The notes under the pieces are model-generated. The model saw only the letters and a list, made by a program, of their open reading frames with translations. It had not been told where the DNA came from and searched no databases. The position numbers and the translations under genes were made by a program. DNA of 64,000 nt from Felis catus (lineage: Eukaryota): NCBI RefSeq assembly GCF_018350175.1, contig NC_058368.1:95358001-95422000 (forward strand), read 5' to 3'. Positions 60,780-64,000 of the stretch are shown here, piece after piece; the first letter of the stretch is position 1; each line of letters starts with the position of its first letter.

Positions 60780-61530
60780 GGCCTTCAAAGGGTTGGCAAG
60801 AACTCTGGATTTTACTTTTCATAAAGTGATGGGATTGTTGGGTTTCGAGGAGGACTGGCACATGGTTAGGTTTTGAAAGAACCCCTTGGGCTTCTGTGGG
60901 GAGATAAGACTGAGGGAGTAAAGAACAGTAACTAGTAAGAGGACATTGCAATGTCCAGGAGACAGATGAAGGGGATACATTTAGTGCCGAAGGCACAGAT
61001 AAGTGATGAGAAGGAGACATAGTTTGAAGGAAGAATCCACTGGATTTTCTGGTGGGTTGGATAAAGCCTGGTTGAAAAAGAATTAGACAAAACTAGCATG
61101 CTCAGGCTTGAACAACTGAAAATCTTAAACGCTTTGGCTTTAACAAGTGAATGAATGATGGTCCTATTTAATAGGATGGACAACACTGGAGGAAAAACAG
61201 GGTTGAGGCTTACGACCACCTGTTCTGGACTTGTTGAGTTGTATTTTCATTTTTATTTAAATGATCCCTATACCCAATGTGGGGCTTGAACTGTAGACCC
61301 TGAGATCAAGAGTGCATGCTGTACCAACTGAGCTGGTCTTTTTTATTATTAGTATTATTTTTATTTGTTGCATTTTAGATGCCCATTTGATAGCCATGGG
61401 AGATGCAAAGAACCTAACTGGATATAGAAGTCTGTGGTTTGGGAGAAGGCAAAAGTAGAGGTAAAAAAATTTGGAAGCACGATAGTATATTGGTCATAAA
61501 AGGTCGTGGGACTTCATAAGATGACCTTAG
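60780..61530 (-). mobile_element. L2 fragment
   Basis: ttttgaaagaaccccttgggcttctgtggggagataagact...attgcaatgtccagg; aactggatatagaagtctg. Confidence 0.65.
61251..61336 (-). mobile_element. Short old CAN-SINE
   Basis: cccaatgtggggcttgaact...ccctgagatcaagagtgcatgctgtaccaactgagc. Confidence 0.75.
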
Positions 61531-63258
61531 ACCCCAGTATACTGGTCAATGAAGTCAGAATGAACTTCATTGACCAGAATGAACTGGTCAATGAAGTCAC
61601 CAATGAACCCTGGTGGCTTTGGGACATTTGGAGGTCAGAAGGATCAAGATTCAGTACACAGGACAGAAACCAGGAGCGTACTTGACCTCAGAGCAGATGA
61701 ATAAAGATGATGATGCTAAGGATGGCTGCCACACTTACAGGAGAGTTTGGTTACAAAACACCTAAGATTGTAAAACAATTCCCAGGCTGGGTCCCTAAGT
61801 GGAGAAATTAGAAAAAATAGACTGGGTGTTCTGCTAGTGGATAAAAGTGGATTAGGAGTTTGGAGGGATTGGGAAAATCTCAGCGAGGGGATTTGGGAGT
61901 AAGTGGAGAGTAGTAGCTGACTGAAGAACAGGATATGGCGAGTGGGTAACTCTTAAGATTTTATGTTACTTGGATTGCAGAGAAGTAAATCCATGCTTCA
62001 CGAAGCTCCCAGTAACCTGTATTGCATGGAAATGCTTATACTGTCTGGGGTGTGTGTAAGCATGGACATAGACACATTCGTATGTGTGAGAATGAAGACA
62101 ATAGTGAAAATCTGCTAGTAGAGAAGAGTGTGAGAAGTAGCCACAAGTCTTGAGAGGAATGTGATAAAAACTAATGTAGCACCAGAAACATGAGCCCAGA
62201 GGGGAAAGGGGAAGGGCATCCATGGAAACAAAGCCCAGTGCTCTTGGGCTTAGAGGGTTGAGCTGGCATGTAGTTGACTCCTATGTGACTTAGTAGCTGC
62301 CCGATGATGATTCCATCATATTACCTGCATTGGCCGAGGACTTCTGGCTCCCAAATGTTGAGTATTCATACTGATCATAATTTCTCAGACTCGTAGCCCT
62401 GGGTGCTTCTGGGCAACACCTTTGTGCTGCCAACCTTGATCTGCTCTTGTCCGTTTCTTGGGAAGAAGGCCACTTGGGGTGGTGGGTATTTCATGCTTCT
62501 AACCGAATAAAAATAAAGATGTGGCCTTCTTGGAAGCAAGATGGAATGCATCTTAATGTATACAGCTGCTGAGCTTTGAAAACCCATTCTGAATTTTTCC
62601 ACATTCCTGGGTTCTTGCTGTTTTTGTAGATGGTGCTATTAATTTCTTGTGTCATCACGTCTACAAATTAATTACTTATTTAAAAATGTTCTTTGTAAAA
62701 TCTTGCACAAATCTCTTATACCTTTTAGATAATGGCTAAGTGGTTTTATTTACTGATAGCATCTGAATCTTGGTTTCCATATTCGAAGACTAGACAATGA
62801 CCATAAGAATAAACTGAATGTGTTCAAGTAAGAAAAAATGATACTTAAACCTTATTTTCCAAAGTGCCCAATAATGACTCAAAAAATAATGGATGAGTGT
62901 TACTGCTGTGATTTCTACCTAACCTTGTCTTGTCTAACAAACCCTCTGATTTCTCCCTCCTTTTATTCCTAAATGGACCCCATGCCCCCCAGTGCTAAAA
63001 ATTAGATACCCAGAAGCTGAAGAGAAAAAGTTGAGTCCATACCTACTAGAAGTTCCAATAGGAGCTTTACTACTTTCCATGTTTGTCAATATGGCAAGTT
63101 GTTGAGTCTTTGTACCTTGCTTTCCTAACATTGGTGGATCATAACAGTCCCTAGTCACTTAGCACTGTTGGGGAACTTAAAACCAATAATACATAGAAAA
63201 TGCTTAGAATGCTTAGTAAAATATTCAGAGGCTAGCTTTGATAATTCTTCAAATAGAC

Positions 63259-63491
63259 TTTTTTCTTTTTAAATTTTTAATGGTTTTGAGAGAGAGAGAC
63301 AGACAGACAGACAGAGACAGAGCATGAGCAAGGAAGGGTCAGAGAGAGAGAGGGAGACACAGAATCGGAAGCAGGCTCCAGGATCTGAGTTGACAGCATA
63401 CAGCCCGACGCAGGGGGTGAACCCAAGAACTGTGAGATCATGACCAGAGCCGAAGTCAGAAGCTTAACTGACTGAGCCACCCAGGCGCCCC
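63259..63491 (-). mobile_element. CAN-SINE (SINEC_Fc)
   Basis: 15-bp TSD tcttcaaatagactt (63246-63260 and 63492-63506). Confidence 0.95.
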
Positions 63492-64000
63492 TCTTCAAAT
63501 AGACTTCTGTTTAAGTGGGAAACTATAGCGTTGTTTGGCTGTGATGTCATTTTGTATAGAAGAAGCTGGAGCTGGGCAAAAGATGAAATGAATTTGAAGG
63601 ATACACCAAGAAGGGGATGAAAAGAAAAGGCCTATCTTGTATGAGCTAATGGAGAGAAGACTGTCCCAGTTGGTATGCTTTCTCTCTTGGTGCTCATCTA
63701 TGTAGCTCTGCCATTTTGATGACTTTGAAAAAGAATATGTGCTTTGATACAAGGAGGCCTACTGTTGGCCATACCTCTAACAAAAAGTGACTTTGAGCAT
63801 ATGCATTGAACTTGGGGAGTGCTGATTTCTTGCATGTAACCTGGGAAGAGTAACTCAGTAAGAATCAAACATGGCTTGGAAATGCGCCATGAAAACATGA
63901 CCAAGAGCCACCCTTGGTCGGAAGCTTTTTGAGATTCTACCACGAGTAAATGACGGCTGGGTTGGATGTTACAGAGTTCATCTGGTCGTCATGAAGTGAC

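Noticed and set aside
1344..63498. Dozens of ORFs sharing motifs such as WVAQSVK..SAQVMIS, LSLSLSL or RERERE
   Set aside because: They are translations of CAN-SINE bodies and (CT)n/(GA)n tracts, not a gene family.
63560..63672. Purine-rich exon-like segment
   Set aside because: It has stops in all three plus frames and a weak acceptor.
1..64000. CRISPR-like array or prokaryotic-type system
   Set aside because: The DNA is mammalian, and the repeated short motifs between SINEs are target-site duplications, not repeat-spacer arrays.

Overview
This is non-coding, repeat-dense mammalian DNA from a cat-family (Felidae) genome, judged by about 60 tRNA-derived CAN-SINEs. Several belong to the young SINEC_Fc type (GGGGCGCCTGGGTGGCGCAGTCGGTTAAGCGTCCGACTTCAGCCAGG...). 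I found no protein-coding exon, RNA gene or CRISPR array. The supplied ORFs are SINE/(GA)n read-throughs, chance ORFs, or decayed L1 and transposase fragments. The window contains SINEs (about 43 on the minus strand and 20 on the plus strand by manual tally), old and young L1 fragments, L2/MIR remnants, ERV1-type and MaLR solo LTRs, small hAT MITEs (MER5, MER58, MER63-like), and one near-full-length fossil hAT/Charlie element with a recognisable decayed transposase (about 32.9-38.3 kb). The most notable structures are a near-perfect ~107-nt hairpin at 50.2 kb, two same-family solo LTRs in inverted orientation (1.9-4.45 kb), repeated reuse of identical L1-endonuclease target sites by successive SINEs, nested and tail-to-tail SINEs, and several micro template-switch signatures. 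The region is most likely intronic or intergenic, and I could not identify a host gene. I see no support for a new biological system. Repeat family names come from recalled consensus sequences, not a search, and boundaries are approximate unless a target-site duplication (TSD) is cited.
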